A stretch of 64,000 nucleotides of DNA, filler included, from Octopus bimaculoides (lineage: Eukaryota), in the NCBI RefSeq assembly GCF_001194135.2. It is 7 parts of 7 records of this genome, joined end to end, with 100 filler letters (N's around TTAATTAATTAA, not from the genome) between each part and the next. Parts side by side here need not be neighbours in the genome. Positions count along the whole stretch, not along the records: positions 1 to 23,293 come from NC_068981.1; positions 23,394 to 37,930 come from NC_068984.1; 5 more parts are not named here. One strand, 5' to 3'. Position 1 is the stretch's first letter. The number at the start of each line of letters is the position of its first letter. Both the position numbers and the translations under genes were made by a program. This document shows, piece by piece, positions 14,590 to 28,599 of the stretch. Below the pieces are notes generated by a model, which had not been told where the DNA came from, searched no databases, and saw only the letters and a list, made by a program, of their open reading frames with translations.

Positions 14590-15365
14590 TATGGCAGACA
14601 CGGCTGTGTGGTTAAGAACTCGCTTTGCAAACACATCGTTACCGGTTCAGTTCCACAGCTCGGTACTTTGAATAAGTGTCTTCTGCTATAGCCCTGGGGT
14701 CGACCGATTCCTTGCGAATGAATTTGGTTTACGGAAACTTTTTTTCGTTGCAATCATTGGACAACGGCCATGCTGGGGCGTTGTCTGGAAGGATTTAGTC
14801 CAATAGATCGACCCTAGCACTTATTTTATTGGTCTCATTTACTGAAACACTCAGTTATGGAGACGTAAACAAACCAGCACCGGTTGTCAAGCGGTGGTAG
14901 GGTATGATACAAACCACACACACACACACATACATACATACACACACATGCACACATACACACACAACAGGGTTCTTTCAGTTTCCATCTACTAAATTCA
15001 ATCACAGAGCGTTGGTCGGCCCGAGCCTATAATAGAAGACACTTGCCTAAGGAGCCACGCAGTGGGACTGTACGCGGAACCATGTGGTTGGGAACCTCAA
15101 AACATGCGGTAAGGAAAGAAACCTCTTACATATCTGTATGTGTGTGCGTGTGTGTGTGCTTTTGTGTTTGGTTTGTCCACACCACCGCTTAACAACTCGT
15201 GTCGGTCTGTTTACGTCCTTATAAAGACTCGGCGAAAGAACTCGATAGAATAAGTACCAGATTCAGAATAAATACTGGGGTCAATTTGTTTGACTTCGGT
15301 ACTTTGTGCCACAGCATGACCACACTGCAATGACTGAAACAAGCGAGAGATAAAAGATAAAAGAA
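14590..15365. mobile_element. Cluster of three SINE family B pieces in alternating orientation
   Basis: 5' half on + (14590-14740), near-complete copy on - (14745-15100), 3' half on + (15150-15365). Confidence 0.75.
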
Positions 15366-16019
15366 CTCGAAGCTATTTTTAGAGTGTTTGAAGAGGGGAA
15401 AGTAGACAATACTGAATGTAGCTGCCAAAGTAGCATGAAAGCAAGAAAAATAAGTCGGTAAGTTGAACATTTACTCAACTGTCATACAGCCACGAACAAA
15501 GAAAAGAAAAATAATCAGAAAAAAAAACTCTTTTAGAATATTAAAAAAGTTGAAAACATTAATTTCTTTTGCATATATTGTTACAAATCAATAAACTAGT
15601 AAAGCATAAAACTGCATCCAATTAATTTAATTCGGAAAATCATATATGTATTATTTGTCTAGACATCAATGTATTTATATATGTATCTATATATCTGAAT
15701 ACTACGGTTTCGAATACTGAGGTGTTCTCGTGGCACATATTACTAAGAATAATCGAGAAATTTCTGTAGATATATCCGACGAGCTTCCGCACAATTTTCG
15801 TTCACCAAATTTATTGAAACGAGCCTAGTATAAGTTTCCCCTTAAAAACGTTTGGAAAGAGTTTAAGATAATTGACTATAACCACCTCTTTTTTGTGTCT
15901 CTCTTTGTCCTTGTCTTTCTTTCTCTACCCCTTTATATAGATAATATATTATACATATACATACATACATTTACACACACACACACGTACATATATCAGA
16001 GTCAGTTATTGTAAAGTAA

Positions 16020-17345
16020 CATTATGATGACGCGCACCATTTCCTTCCTTTTTACGATGGCTATGGAGTTGGTACTGACAGATGTAAGAGATGTTGCTCC
16101 CAGGGAGCGTGGTTTTATTGATGCTATATTTGTCATAGCGCTGACGGATGAGCTGCTATAGCAATGTCGACTGCCCACTAATGTCAAAAATAGTTGCAGA
16201 TACAGATAAACCGTGATTGACAAATGTGGTTTAGCAGGACAGTTTAAAGTATTGTGCTACCAATTCGGCATTTTGCTGAGACTTTTAAGGCCTGTCCAAG
16301 TGAATAAAATGCTATTAACAAGAATGGAGAGATTAAAAGACATTTTCGTAGGTTCCTACGAAAGCAGCTCGGTCTACCGACAGACTTCACGAAAGTGAGG
16401 CTGCGCAGTGCTATTGTAAACTTCAGTAGCCGGGACCATCAGTGGTGGATGATTTTAAAGTAGTAAAAGTCAGCTGCCATATAATGCTAAGAAACTCGGC
16501 GGAGTATATTGTTTATACGACCCTCCCAAAAGTGTTGAAAGGAAGAAAATACATCGTAGAGAACCTGCTGAGAAGGTAGAGACCATTCTGGAAAGGAAAG
16601 AAGTAGTACGTGCAGTGCAGAATAAGCAGATGGAAGCCAGACGGAGATGGAACAGACGGATATCCCACCAGAATAACAAAGGTCAGCGCAAAGAAATTCG
16701 TCAAATTGAAGAGGTAGTAGGTTAGGAAGTCAATGAGCATGAGCAGAATGGGCAGCAGGGGAGACAACTAAGTAAAGGAGGCTACCTTGGAACGATTTAT
16801 AGAGAAGGGCATCAGCCATGCCATGATTCCTATTGAGAGCAACATATAATATGTTTTTATTCCCGGTCAGTATTATATACCGTGGTTGAAGTGCTGCTGA
16901 ATGACATCGTGTGGATGTTATGCCACCATGGAGTATGTTTCGGCAAAATGTAAGTCACCCCTTGTGGAATATTCCTAGAGACGAAACTAAGTCCTAACTG
17001 CACTGTTACTGCATTAAAAGAACAATGCAGCAACGTCAATACACAGATGATCAACACAAAATTAGACTTAGGTGTTTTCCACAAGGAGAGTGATATAGGA
17101 CAATGCAAGAGTGCAAACAAAAGACAACCAGTACCCAGACTTCCGTATGGTACTAATGATTTGAAGGGTAAATGTATTAGGAAAAGTAATATGAGATAAG
17201 CATATGAAGAGAAGTACTTAACATGAAAGACATGCGAAATCGTGTGAAGCACGAGGGTGGCCGCTAACGATACTTCCAGTAGTGGTGAGATGTTGTGGGG
17301 TTTGTTGCTAGGCGCATTACGTTTAACTGGCTGGTATGAGACCTA
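16020..17345 (+). mobile_element. Highly decayed HERO-like non-LTR retrotransposon (RT end to REL domain)
   Basis: Remnants TISFLFTMAMELVL (cf. TISPILFxxAMEVIL), QQGR..RLPWNDL (cf. QQGxW..RKITWxDLW), MQQRQYT (cf. QGRYTWRH), PVVVRCCG/FVA (cf. PVEVGCRGF). Confidence 0.55.
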
Positions 17346-18723
17346 GGAAGGAAAGCAAAGCAGTTATTTGTAAGCTAGAGAGGGAGAAGCATATAATGCT
17401 TCATCATGGCTATTACAGACGTATATAAGAGAAAGAACAAAATAACAAGCAAAGGACGAATATTCAGCGAGTAGTAAAATAAAATAGTTTGGTTGAAGTG
17501 GTTATGACTACATAGTGGTAATAGCTTTATAGTGGCTATAGTTGCCGCAAAGTTGAATTGGTTACAAAAGTTATCAACCTTAATTAATTCATTTCTAAAA
17601 GTACCTTGTCACATTGCTTAGTGTTCCTGCTGTTGTCTATAGGTTTTGCATAACCAATGTTGTGGAAAGTTTATTCACTCTGAAATTACTGTATCAAATG
17701 AATTTGACAAAATGCTTCATGTTTCAATGGATTTTTACTTTTGAGCAATTCTAATGATTTAGCAGGAAATTCTATCATATAAAAGTGAAAGTCGTTCAGC
17801 TGAGAGGATTTAATGAAAATTTCGTTTCTGCAAAATGTTCAATCAAACGTGTAATGAGAATTAAACTGAAAGGGTTATTGTGAAGTCTAAAGTTCTTGCA
17901 AGCACAAATTACTGCTGTGACATTGTCACCTTTGTAATAAGACAAATGAACAATCGATCTTCAGAAAATTCTTATACACATATTAATACATATAAATGCT
18001 ATTATAAAAGCCCCGTGTACATAATTTATGAAGACACGAATAACATGCAAAACCTTCTAATTAAATGTTAAAAGAATTAATTTAAAAGTTCCAGTCGTCT
18101 CGGATAAATCCGTATCTAAAACAGACTAGACATACAGTCATAGACGCACAGCAATCCAGCCACCTATCTACACACATGCGTTCACACATACATACATACA
18201 TACATACATACATACCACACCCATATATACATACACGTAGACACGGACTTATGTTCACATAAATTCACGCGTACATATTCTCAGATATCATTATATACAG
18301 GGCATATAAGAAATATTTTATGAAACTACATAATCTTGTGCCTCTCAGTATACTAACAAGGTTATGATTTCCAGAAATATTAACCACGTTATTAGATTGT
18401 ATTTTTGCAGTATTTATACCATTGATAAGTTATGTACTGTCAGAAAGTATGTACTGACAGTACATCGATGTACTGTCAGAAACATTTTGTGAAACGCCCT
18501 CAGCATTGAAGGAAAGCTAACTGCACTAATGAATAACCTTATTAAAACAAATGAACCCCACCCCTAAAGTATACAATCCTAATTATAAAATATCCAGCTT
18601 GTTATATAAGGCCTAAAGCTAAAGCTACTCTGAAACAGAAAGTAGAGGTTAAACTAAACTCTCCTGTCACTGCTTTATACACAGGAGTCAGTCTGAGAAA
18701 ATTAAGGGAATATGCAACAGATA

Positions 18724-18935
18724 CAAGGGGGTGCTGAAAAGTTCCTGGCTTTGGGTAAAAGAAAATACTGGAGGACCAATTAATTATGATTTTATCCAAC
18801 ATATTCCCCTCCCAGATTGACACACATATTGCAGCAGTCCTTCAGTTTTTCTAAGCCCTGTAAAAGACCTCAGAAGGTGGGGTCCTCCTATCAGGCCTTT
18901 CGTGATAGCCTTAAAACCGGGAACAACACCCTCTC

Positions 18936-18938
<3 letters not shown>
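18724..18938. mobile_element. Mariner-type MITE
   Basis: TA-CAAGGGGGTGCTGAAAAGTTCCTGG left end; degenerate inverted right end CCGGGAACAACACCCTCTCG-TGTA. Confidence 0.6.
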
Positions 18939-18967
<29 letters not shown>

Positions 18968-19524
18968 NNNNNNNNNNNNNNNNNNNNNNNNNNNNNNNNN
19001 NNNNNNNNNNNNNNNNNNNNNNNNNNNNNNNNNNNNNNNNNNNNNNNNNNNNNNNNNNNNNNNNNNNNNNNNNNNNNNNNNNNNNNNNNNNNNNNNNNNN
19101 NNNNNNNNNNNNNNNNNNNNNNNNNNNNNNNNNNNNNNNNNNNNNNNNNNNNNNNNNNNNNNNNNNNNNNNNNNNNNNNNNNNNNNNNNNNNNNNNNNNN
19201 NNNNNNNNNNNNNNNNNNNNNNNNNNNNNNNNNNNNNNNNNNNNNNNNNNNNNNNNNNNNNNNNNNNNNNNNNNNNNNNNNNNNNNNNNNNNNNNNNNNN
19301 NNNNNNNNNNNNNNNNNNNNNNNNNNNNNNNNNNNNNNNNNNNNNNNNNNNNNNNNNNNNNNNNNNNNNNNNNNNNNNNNNNNNNNNNNNNNNNNNNNNN
19401 NNNNNNNNNNNNNNNNNNNNNNNNNNNNNNNNNNNNNNNNNNNNNNNNNNNNNNNNNNNNNNNNNNNNNNNNNNNNNNNNNNNNNNNNNNNNNNNNNNNN
19501 NNNNNNNNNNNNNNNNNNNNNNNN

Positions 19525-19566
<42 letters not shown>

Positions 19567-19630
19567 TACTTATATATATATGTGCGCGTGCGCGTGCATA
19601 CACACGCACACACACACTCATATGGACACA

Positions 19631-19747
19631 CAAGGGAGTGCTGAAAATTTCTGGATTTGGGTAAAAGAAAATACATGAGTGTCAGTTAATTATGATTTTA
19701 TTTAAACATTCTTCTCTCAAATTCACACACTTTTCAGCACACCCTCA
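19631..19747. mobile_element. Shorter MITE of the same family (117 bp)
   Basis: Left CAAGGGAGTGCTGAAAA, right TTTTCAGCACACCCTCA-TA; interior matches 18724-18830. Confidence 0.65.
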
Positions 19748-20763
19748 TATAATAACAAAACTTCGTTCAAAATAACACGAAATATAAACTTACTCAAGAC
19801 GAGCCAGAACAAGAACATTCACTATAAACAGCTCATGAATTTACAGGAGGAGCTGAAAAGCTCCTAAGGGTTACTAAAAAGGAACATTCAAAGAGGTTAA
19901 CAGGAGGAGAAATGTTCAAGTTATCATAAATGGGTGGCGGTTCAGAAAATTAAATACATCTCGCTATGGAAACAAATCCCCATAACTGATAGAGAACATC
20001 AATAGAAGTTAAGAAACATTAACTAAACCGTAAACAGAGAGCTTGCTGGTTATCATTAAGTTCACCCTCGACATCTGCGTTATTTGGAAAGATACTTCTA
20101 AATAATCTAAATTTGCAATAATAGTTGTTTATATCCAGTTACCAGAAACACGTCTTTAATACAGAAATTATGCTGACGAAGTGTAAATGCAAATATAAAA
20201 ATGATACTGAAAAGTGCGAAAAACTAATTCCCTTTTCCTTTCGCACGCAGACAGGAATGTAACAGGTTTATTATATTTGAAATTCTTTTATATGATAATG
20301 ATGCTACCGCTGCTGCTGCTGCTACTGCTGATAATAATAATAATAATAATAGTCATAATAATTTTTTTTTCACACTACTGTAATAATAATAATTATTTTA
20401 ATCGAAGTGATGATAATTAAGAAAAATGTATATAAAAAAACAAAATAAAAACGAAAATCATCGCCACCTTTGAAAGAATAACAATAATTGAAAAAAATAA
20501 TAAAAATGCGAGTAACAAAGGGATTGCCCACTAAAGACTACTGTGTCCTAATTCCTGCATATTTACATATAATCATTGAATGGAATTGCAGATGCTATGC
20601 TATGCTCCGTGAGATTGCTGACAGTTAATAAGTATAGAGCATTTGATGGTTATACATATAAAAAACAACATCTATCCATGCTAATTACAAAATACTGCAC
20701 TCATATACACAAGCACACACACGTATCTATTTTAACCACTGCTATTTTAACCACATATTTCCC

Positions 20764-21330
20764 TTTCGGCGTAGGGACAAAAGTGAAATCACCAAGTTGG
20801 TTAGCCACGTATGGGTTTTGAAGTCTAACGCCACATCACATACAATCAATCAGAAAATAGTTGAAAAGTCAACGGATCAAAAATGTAAGTTATGCGTAGC
20901 TGAAAGATCACGGATCCTTTCCTCATCTAAGAACTCCACCGTACTGCTGAATTCCAGATCTGAAATTTTCAGAGGATGTAAACACATGTATATATATGTT
21001 CTTGTTGGTGAATTGGAAAATATCACCCTCTCCGAATTGAGCAGCTGCACTGCAGACTCTAGGCACCTACCTATTCAGCCTTCAGACTACGGTTAAAGGG
21101 AACTCTAATTCTCTCCCCACTTTTTTCTTTTTCATTTCTTCTTTCTTTTGCCTTTTCCATCGTTTTCCGCTGTTTTCAACCTTCCACCTTTAACATTTTT
21201 TTCTTGCCTTTTTTCGTACTTTCTCTTATTCTATCGTCTGTTTTAGCACGTTATGCCATGTGGGCATAGCCTGAGTATTGTGTGAAGGCACCAGATGTGT
21301 TATAAAATACTCTCTAAGTAGTTTTCCTCA
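20764..21330 (+). mobile_element. Penelope-like element fragment: GIY-YIG C-terminus plus probable 3' region
   Basis: FRRRDKSEITKLVSHVWVLK..KCKLCVAER..LLNSRSEIFRGCKH matches the PLE pattern FRH..STxLSKYIWxLK..CxLCxxEK..LLNKRSELxSKCRH. Confidence 0.7.
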
Positions 21331-21433
21331 CATAAAGCTATTAGCAGTTCATAAAATATATATACTGTGTTTATCAAACAATATTTATAAGACGGAGTAC
21401 TTTTTGTTGATCATACCTTCACGGAGCAGTATA

Positions 21434-21482
<49 letters not shown>

Positions 21483-21558
21483 TTAGAGTTATGACATTTT
21501 GATTTTTTGGAAGTAAACAATTTCCTATATAAAAAATCGGTGAACAATTTTATATCTG

Positions 21559-22975
21559 TAGGGAAAATAACCTTTATTTTAAGTTTTTTTTAAAAAAACG
21601 TCACCCCACTTTTGACCCAAATCATGAAAAATTCTAGTGGTGGTGGTGGTGGGTTCATAATCCTTCTCAAGTTTTTACCAAACTTGGTGTGCTGGCTTAA
21701 TGCAACGCAGAAGCAGTATATCTCAAATTTCAGCTTTCAAGTTTAGGAGTTATAAACTTTTTAATTTGTTACCACTTAGGCCCTACTTTAGGAAATATCC
21801 TCTTCCTCTAATTTTTATTTCTGTGACGCTAAAATCTCTGACTATATTAGGTGTTCTTCCGAATAGTAGGCTTATCCAACTAGAGTATCTAAAATAATAT
21901 CTCATAAAAGAAGTGCTTGTGTCACTCAAAGAAACAAAAAAAATCTGGACGAAGAATCCTGTGCAATTTCAAGACTCACACAGGAAAAGAAGACCTGTTC
22001 CTCTAGAAGAGCATTCTTTGGAAAACAATTGCAAGATACCAATGAAACTCCAAACTGTTGGTCGCTTCCTATTACTTGGAGGTACCATCAAATGAAGGAA
22101 AGAAAGAACAAAGGAAATTTCGAAAGAAGTAACTTTTTTATAGTAAAAGAAATTCAATTTCCCATATTTATCAATTCAAAATGTACAAGCAAAAATAGAA
22201 AATGTGCTGAATACCTACGATGAATGTGTTAAACGAGGAAAATACGATTCATTGAAAGGAAGTTTTGACATCACAAAAGAAAACGGTGAATAGCTATGCG
22301 ATGAGGATAGAAGGTTATATTATCTTCAAATTGAAAGCAAAGGACAGGTTGGGTATGCAACTGGAAAATCAGCCAGTTCCAAAAAGTGTCTACCTATCCA
22401 AAAGAAGAAAAGTGTCCTTAATGCTAACTTCAACCAGAGCAACTACCGTGTCATCGTCAACATCTGAAGCAGAGACTGAAAGTGAATATCAAGAGTCCGA
22501 AAAATCAGATGAAGAATCCACACAAACAAGGAGGAAGTATAGCAAAATTGGAACTGCAACCAAGTTAGTAATACCTTCCAAGCTATGAATCCCAAAAGAA
22601 GCAACAGTTTATCGACAATTGCCTCAAATGGAATCAATGTCGAGACTCCTTCCCAATCTGGTATTTACAGATCGGCTATCAGAGAAGCTGTTAAACTAAA
22701 GAAGAAAATGGAGAAAACACTACATTTAGAAAACTGGTCATCGCATTTTGATGGTAAAGGTATTGATGACCAAGAACACCAAGTGCTAGTCTTACAGACT
22801 GAACAGAGAGAAGTTAAGTTAGAAGCATGCCAATTACCTAACGGGAAAGCCGATGCTGTTGTGAAAGGAATAACAGCTATTTTAGATGAATACAATTAAT
22901 GGAACTGTGTAAAGATGATTGTCGCTGATACAACGAGTGTGAACACTGGGAAAAGAAATGGCATTGTATATAGAT
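21559..22975 (+). mobile_element. hATm-like DNA transposon, 5' part, truncated
   Basis: Begins TAGGG; frameshifted transposase ..WSSHFDGK..LPNGKADAVVKGITAILDEYN*WNCVKMIVADTTSVNTGKRNG (LHWDGK and DTTxxNTG motifs); broken off at a (TA)n tract. Superfamily assignment is from recalled motifs. Confidence 0.6.
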
Positions 22976-23129
22976 ATTATATATATATATATATATAAAT
23001 ATATAATATATATATATATAACAATATTCTTGTTTAAGAATAATAAATTTGTACTCTACAAAAGTATGGTGTAACCCAACAGATTAATGGAAAAATTGGT
23101 TTTATTATAACTGAACATAAAAACAAACA

Positions 23130-23177
<48 letters not shown>

Positions 23178-23232
23178 GTCTGTCAGTCAGTCAGTCAGTC
23201 TGTCTGTCTGTCTGTCTGTATACACACATACA

Positions 23233-23293
<61 letters not shown>

Positions 23294-23337
23294 NNNNNNN
23301 NNNNNNNNNNNNNNNNNNNNNNNNNNNNNNNNNNNNN

Positions 23338-23349
23338 TTAATTAATTAA
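23338..23349. other. Artificial six-frame-stop linker TTAATTAATTAA inside a 44N+12+44N gap placeholder (also 37975, 41701, 59430, 60796, 62672)
   Basis: The identical 12-mer centred in 100-bp N blocks six times; it has stops in all six frames. Confidence 0.95.
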
Positions 23350-23393
23350 NNNNNNNNNNNNNNNNNNNNNNNNNNNNNNNNNNNNNNNNNNNN

Positions 23394-23466
<73 letters not shown>

Positions 23467-23949
23467 ATTTGTATGTGCACATATGCGTGTGTGTGTATAT
23501 ATGTTCGTGCATGTAGGGGGTGTTTATGTATGTGTGTTTGTGTATGTGTGTGTGCGTGCATGTGTGTGTGTGTATGTGTGTAAGTGGGGAATGGTCACAA
23601 TTTCCGATCATGATTGCTTAATTGGTCAATCAGCTGTTTCGCCAGTATCATTGAATTAGTGTACAAGATAATAAATATATCACAGACATGTGTATTCTTA
23701 ATGTAATTTTCAGGCAGAAACCAGGGTGACACTGCATGTTGAAGCAGAACCTTTATATTATAAGTATTATCTATTCGACCGGCTGTTATACAGTTTCCGT
23801 CTACACAATACAAATCACAAAGTAAGGCCCCCGCCAGAGGCAGTACAATATTAAATGTACCCAAAATGCGGCGTAAAACCACAAATAACAACGAACTTTC
23901 CGGTGGGCTTCCACACAGTTTTCGTCAAACAAAATTTACTAGACAGATG

Positions 23950-24190
23950 GTGCAAGCGTGGCTATGTAGTAAGAAGCTTGCTTCCTACTCACATGGCTCC
24001 GGGTTCAGTGTCACTGCGTGGCACATTGGGCAAGTGTCTTCTACTATTGCGTCGAGCCGACCAAAGCCTTGTGAGGAATAAGTACCAGGTTTAAGAAAAT
24101 ATAATTACTGGGATCGATTCATTCGAGTAAAAATTCTTCAAGGTGGTGCCCCAGCATGGCCGCAGTCTAATGACTGAAACAAGTAAAATA
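23950..24190 (+). mobile_element. SINE family B with internal deletion
   Basis: GTGGCTATGTAGTAAGAAGCTTGC...TTGGGCAAGTGTCTTC...CCAAAGCCTTGTGAG joined directly to the 3' part GAATAAGTACC...CAGCATGGCCGCAGTC. Confidence 0.75.
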
Positions 24191-26091
24191 TGAAATAAGA
24201 AAGACTATAGTCGTATTGAAGCTATGATTGAAGACATTTATCCATAATTCTGGACAGTGAGAACGAACCTAACATCCCGTAGTCACGGAGCTAACTTCAT
24301 AACCATAGATTTGCCTACGCTAATAAAATACATACATTACATACAAACATACTTATGCTACAATAATGGAACCAAAAAATCCATTCTATCATTAAAAATC
24401 AATAAATCATTTATGAAACTGAAGTGTTTTGCTGAATTACCTTTCCTAATGGAAGCTGTATGTCTGTCAAACAAGTAATCCATTAAAAATTATAATAAAT
24501 GAGAGACATTTTTCTAAAAGAAATTCTTTTGGAATTTTTTAATGAATAGTTACATGCTATTTTGTCACGTAGGAATGATAATTTATTTACTGTGACATAA
24601 TAATCCTAATATACTTCAATGCATTACTTTTATGTGTATTCTTGTATTATTTTTATCGTTTTACTGGTTCCAGATGTTAAGCAGTACCCATGCTGGGGCA
24701 ACACCAGCAAAATACTTTAATCGATTTATCGATACCAACACTGGTGCATGTTTTATCGAACTCAAAGAAGAACGAACGACTAAGTCGTGCTTGGTGTAAG
24801 TGGATATAGCATGCAATTTTACTAATTCCTCCCAACTCATCTGCACTCACATTTGAAGATTAGACTATAAGCCAGCAAAACACTTGCCATTTTACAGTAT
24901 TCAGGTATAATTTTCAAATGGATATGTATAGAGAGAATGTAAGAATTCGAAATGCACTTTGCAATGAATGACTTACCCTAAATTCTCTATATACAAAATA
25001 GCATTATCTATGATAACCTCGGTAATTTAAGATATTCAGATAGAAACCTGTAAAAACAAAACGGTTCGCTGTAAATTCATGGCGGAAACTCCATAGTTAT
25101 TAATTAGATCGTAATCGTAATTTCATCGTGAGGTAATAACATAGCAAACTAATGTATCGTGGGTAGATTCATTGCTATTCCAAATACACCGTCATTCTTT
25201 TTATCTGCAGAATAAATGCATTACTAAACAGTAATTTAGCGATTTTATATTTTTATTCACAGAGTTAATCCTTTTCTTTTTTGTTGACAATGAAAATAAA
25301 TTCTAAGAAAAAATTCTATTCTACCATCTGAAAATTTTAGAAATCATGAAACAAATAATAATAAATAATAATATAGCAAATAGGCATTGCTCACAGTTTG
25401 TTTTTTTACATTTCATCTTTCCTCCAATTTAAATTAGTGTTATCTTTTTACGGTATTTTTAAAGTAACTTCGATTTGTTTTTATGTTTATATTAAGCAAA
25501 TTTATTTCATTAATTCTTTGTCTCTGAATTTCTTTTCCATTGTTAATAAAATGTGACATTTATTGTACGAATAAAATCTTGAAATAATATTCAGAATAAT
25601 ATTTAGCGATTTATTTAAACTGCAGATAAAAGGTATAAGGGATTTACTGAGGATATATTTGGCATGACGAATAATTAACCAGAACGATGTAATTACTTTG
25701 GGAAGAAATTACCAAGCGATGAAATTACGGGTGATAAATTTGCTAGATATTCCTAAAAGAAGTGGTGTCATTTTTACATTCAGTTTTGGGATAAATTCTT
25801 GCAAATAATAAAATGCTTCTATTCAGCTGTAATATATTTGAATTTGAATTTTACATATCCATTTCAATGAAAACTGTATTTAAAATATATGTTGTATATG
25901 ACAATAAAGCATGTAAAAAGTATGTATTGCAGAAAGATATTTTGTTGATATTTAAGCTAAATTAATCATATATATATATATATATATATATANNNNNNNN
26001 NNATATTAAGGTTTACTTATTTGAATATGTATTTTCTTAAGAAAAACTTTTTGTCCATTTTTTCTATGTTGATATTCAAGAGTGAATCACT

Positions 26092-27380
26092 TCATAAGTA
26101 GAAAAGTAAGGGGAGGTAATTGGTTATCGTTATTATTGTTATTGTTGTAGGCAAGGGAGATAACTGTTCAGTTTTCGGTAAGCGGAGGAGAATGTATATA
26201 TATATATATATATATATACACACAAAAAGGGGGTTTCGAAAAACTTCTTTAGTGAGGGGATTTATGTACAGTGATGTAATCGTGAATTGAAATATGTAAA
26301 AAGATAGAAGTTGGTTATGCGTACACATTAAGATGTGTTCTGTATTTTTCAATGAAATATGTTTATTTAAACGTTCTTGTGGAGAAATTGTGCCTTTGCA
26401 CTGGTAGATGGGGAAGACTGTGAAATTTGGTTTGATGTTATCTGCACATTTTGCTATATGTCCACTAAGAGGAATTTGCCTGTATTGCGGGGAATGGATT
26501 TGCTCTTTATGTAGATTGGTTCTCCGTCTCAAGGTCATACTCGTCTGTCAAATATAGTTGTGTCCACAACCCGAGCAGGTTATTACAGAAATTAGGTTCT
26601 CAGAGGCACAAGTGAAACCAGTTTTAATTGTGAACATCTGTCCTTGTTTGAAAAGGAAATCCGAGCCTTCAAGTAAGTTGGGACAGGTTCCACAGTTTGG
26701 ATGTCCACATTTTTTAACCGTTGGTTTCGTGGTTGTTTTGTAAAGCTTCGCATTTGTTAGCAGTCTCTTTAGTGATTTGTGTTGCTTTTTGCATTTGATG
26801 AGTTTGTGTGTTTTCAGGATGTCGTTCATTTTTGGATCTCTAGTCAGTAAAGGAAGATTTTTCACAATAGTGTTGAATGTCTCACTGTTTCTGGAGTTGT
26901 GTGTTGGTATAAATAGTAAGTTTTGAGATGAGGTGTGGCGTAATGTTTTGTTGTTCTTAGTGTTTTTATGTTTAATTTTTTGGCACGTTTAATTTCCTCG
27001 TCTATAAGTGAGGGTGGATATTGTCTTTCAGTAAGCGTTGTTTTGAGGTCTTGAAGACGAAGGTCCCGAGTAGTTCTATCAGACACTGTTGTGCTAATCC
27101 TTTTTGCCAAATTGAAAAGGATATTTATTTTGATGTGTTTCGGATGACATGGGCTATAGAGGAGATGTTGTTTTGAGTCAGTTGGTTTATAATAGATGTC
27201 AGTTATAATTTGATTGTTGACTTTTTTATCATAATGTCTAAAAATGGCAGCTGTTCTTTGTTATATTCCATTGTGAATTGAATGTTGCTATTTATATCAT
27301 TTAGTGTTGATTTGAAATCCAAAAGTTTGACGATGTTCTCCTTCCAAATGATAATACAGTAATCCAGGTGTCTTTTCTAA
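26092..27380 (-). mobile_element. 5'-truncated Penelope-like retroelement (RT C-terminus plus GIY-YIG endonuclease)
   Basis: RHLDYCIIIW (cf. RYLDD), LPFLDI, DIYYKPTDSKQHL..PCHPKHIK..IPF, CGHPNCGTC, FTCASENLISVITCSGCGHNYI, TLRRRTNLHK; few disruptions. Confidence 0.9.
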
Positions 27381-28599
27381 TTTTCTCTTACATGTATGTA
27401 CATATACGTACACACACACACACACACACACATACACACACACACATATGCATATGTGTATATATATATATACATATGGAAATATGGGAAGAGATATATG
27501 CATACATAAATATATATATATGTATAGTCACGCATATGTGTGTGCGTGTGGGTATATGCATGCATGTGTGTGTGTGTATGTGCGTTTGTGTGTGCCTGTG
27601 TGTGCCTGTGTGTGTCTGTGTCTGTGCATGCATGCATGTATATCTTTGGACAAGCGTACGCATCATGAAGGGTTAAGGTTCTGGATTCTTTCTTCACAAG
27701 TGACGTATTGACATTTGATTCCTGCTCTAACTTCATGATGTCAAAAACCACCTGAAAAGACGGTATTGTGCCTGTAGTATACATATATGCGCGCGGGTGT
27801 GAGTATATGTGTGTGTGCCTGCATGCGGAAGAGACAGGCCGAGTCAGACAGACACAAAGACAGACATGCAATGACAGAGACAAAGAAAGAGACAGAAACA
27901 TAGAGACAGACAGAGACACAGAGACAGACAGAAACACAGAGATAGACAGAGACATAAAAACACAAAAATACAGAGACAGACAGATACACAGAGACAGACA
28001 GATACACAGAGACAGACAGAGGCACAGAAGCACAGGGACAAACAAACTGAGCGAGATCATGTTTTTACTGTGCTGCAAGTACACTGATTATAAAACTATT
28101 TATTCGAAAAATAGATAACTATCAAATTCACATAAGCTCTGGGATGGATGCGACCGACAAAAAACCTTCAATGGTTGTGCACCACTGAGGCCACAGCCCA
28201 AAGACTAAACTCAAGAACAATTAATTAAAGAGATAGTAATTCTGACAAGATGCTTTTAACTGTCAAGTCCAACCATGACGAAAATCGATATTTTTGTCAG
28301 TCTAGACTAGACAAGATCAAATAAATATGTACCACCAATAATTTATAACTCACCACAAACACCAGTCCTTGTTGCGATGTAGTTGCGTGTGTGCCCCAAT
28401 AAGCCTAAGAGTTAGACCAGCGGAACGCAAACTCCTGGTAGTAGGCTCGCCCATCCTGGACAGCTCAAAAGAAGTCCGAAGAATGTAAACCAACCATCTC
28501 TTTTCAGAGTTAAAAATGGGCTTACATAAGGCCAACACCCTTACCAAGAAAAACAAAAGCGAAGTTACAGAAGCATTGGAGACAATTGAAAAACCAACA

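Noticed and set aside
26233-26253. CTAAAGAAG..CGAAAC in the Penelope 3' region (minus strand)
   Set aside because: G5 is mutated and stem II cannot pair; at best a dead hammerhead relic.
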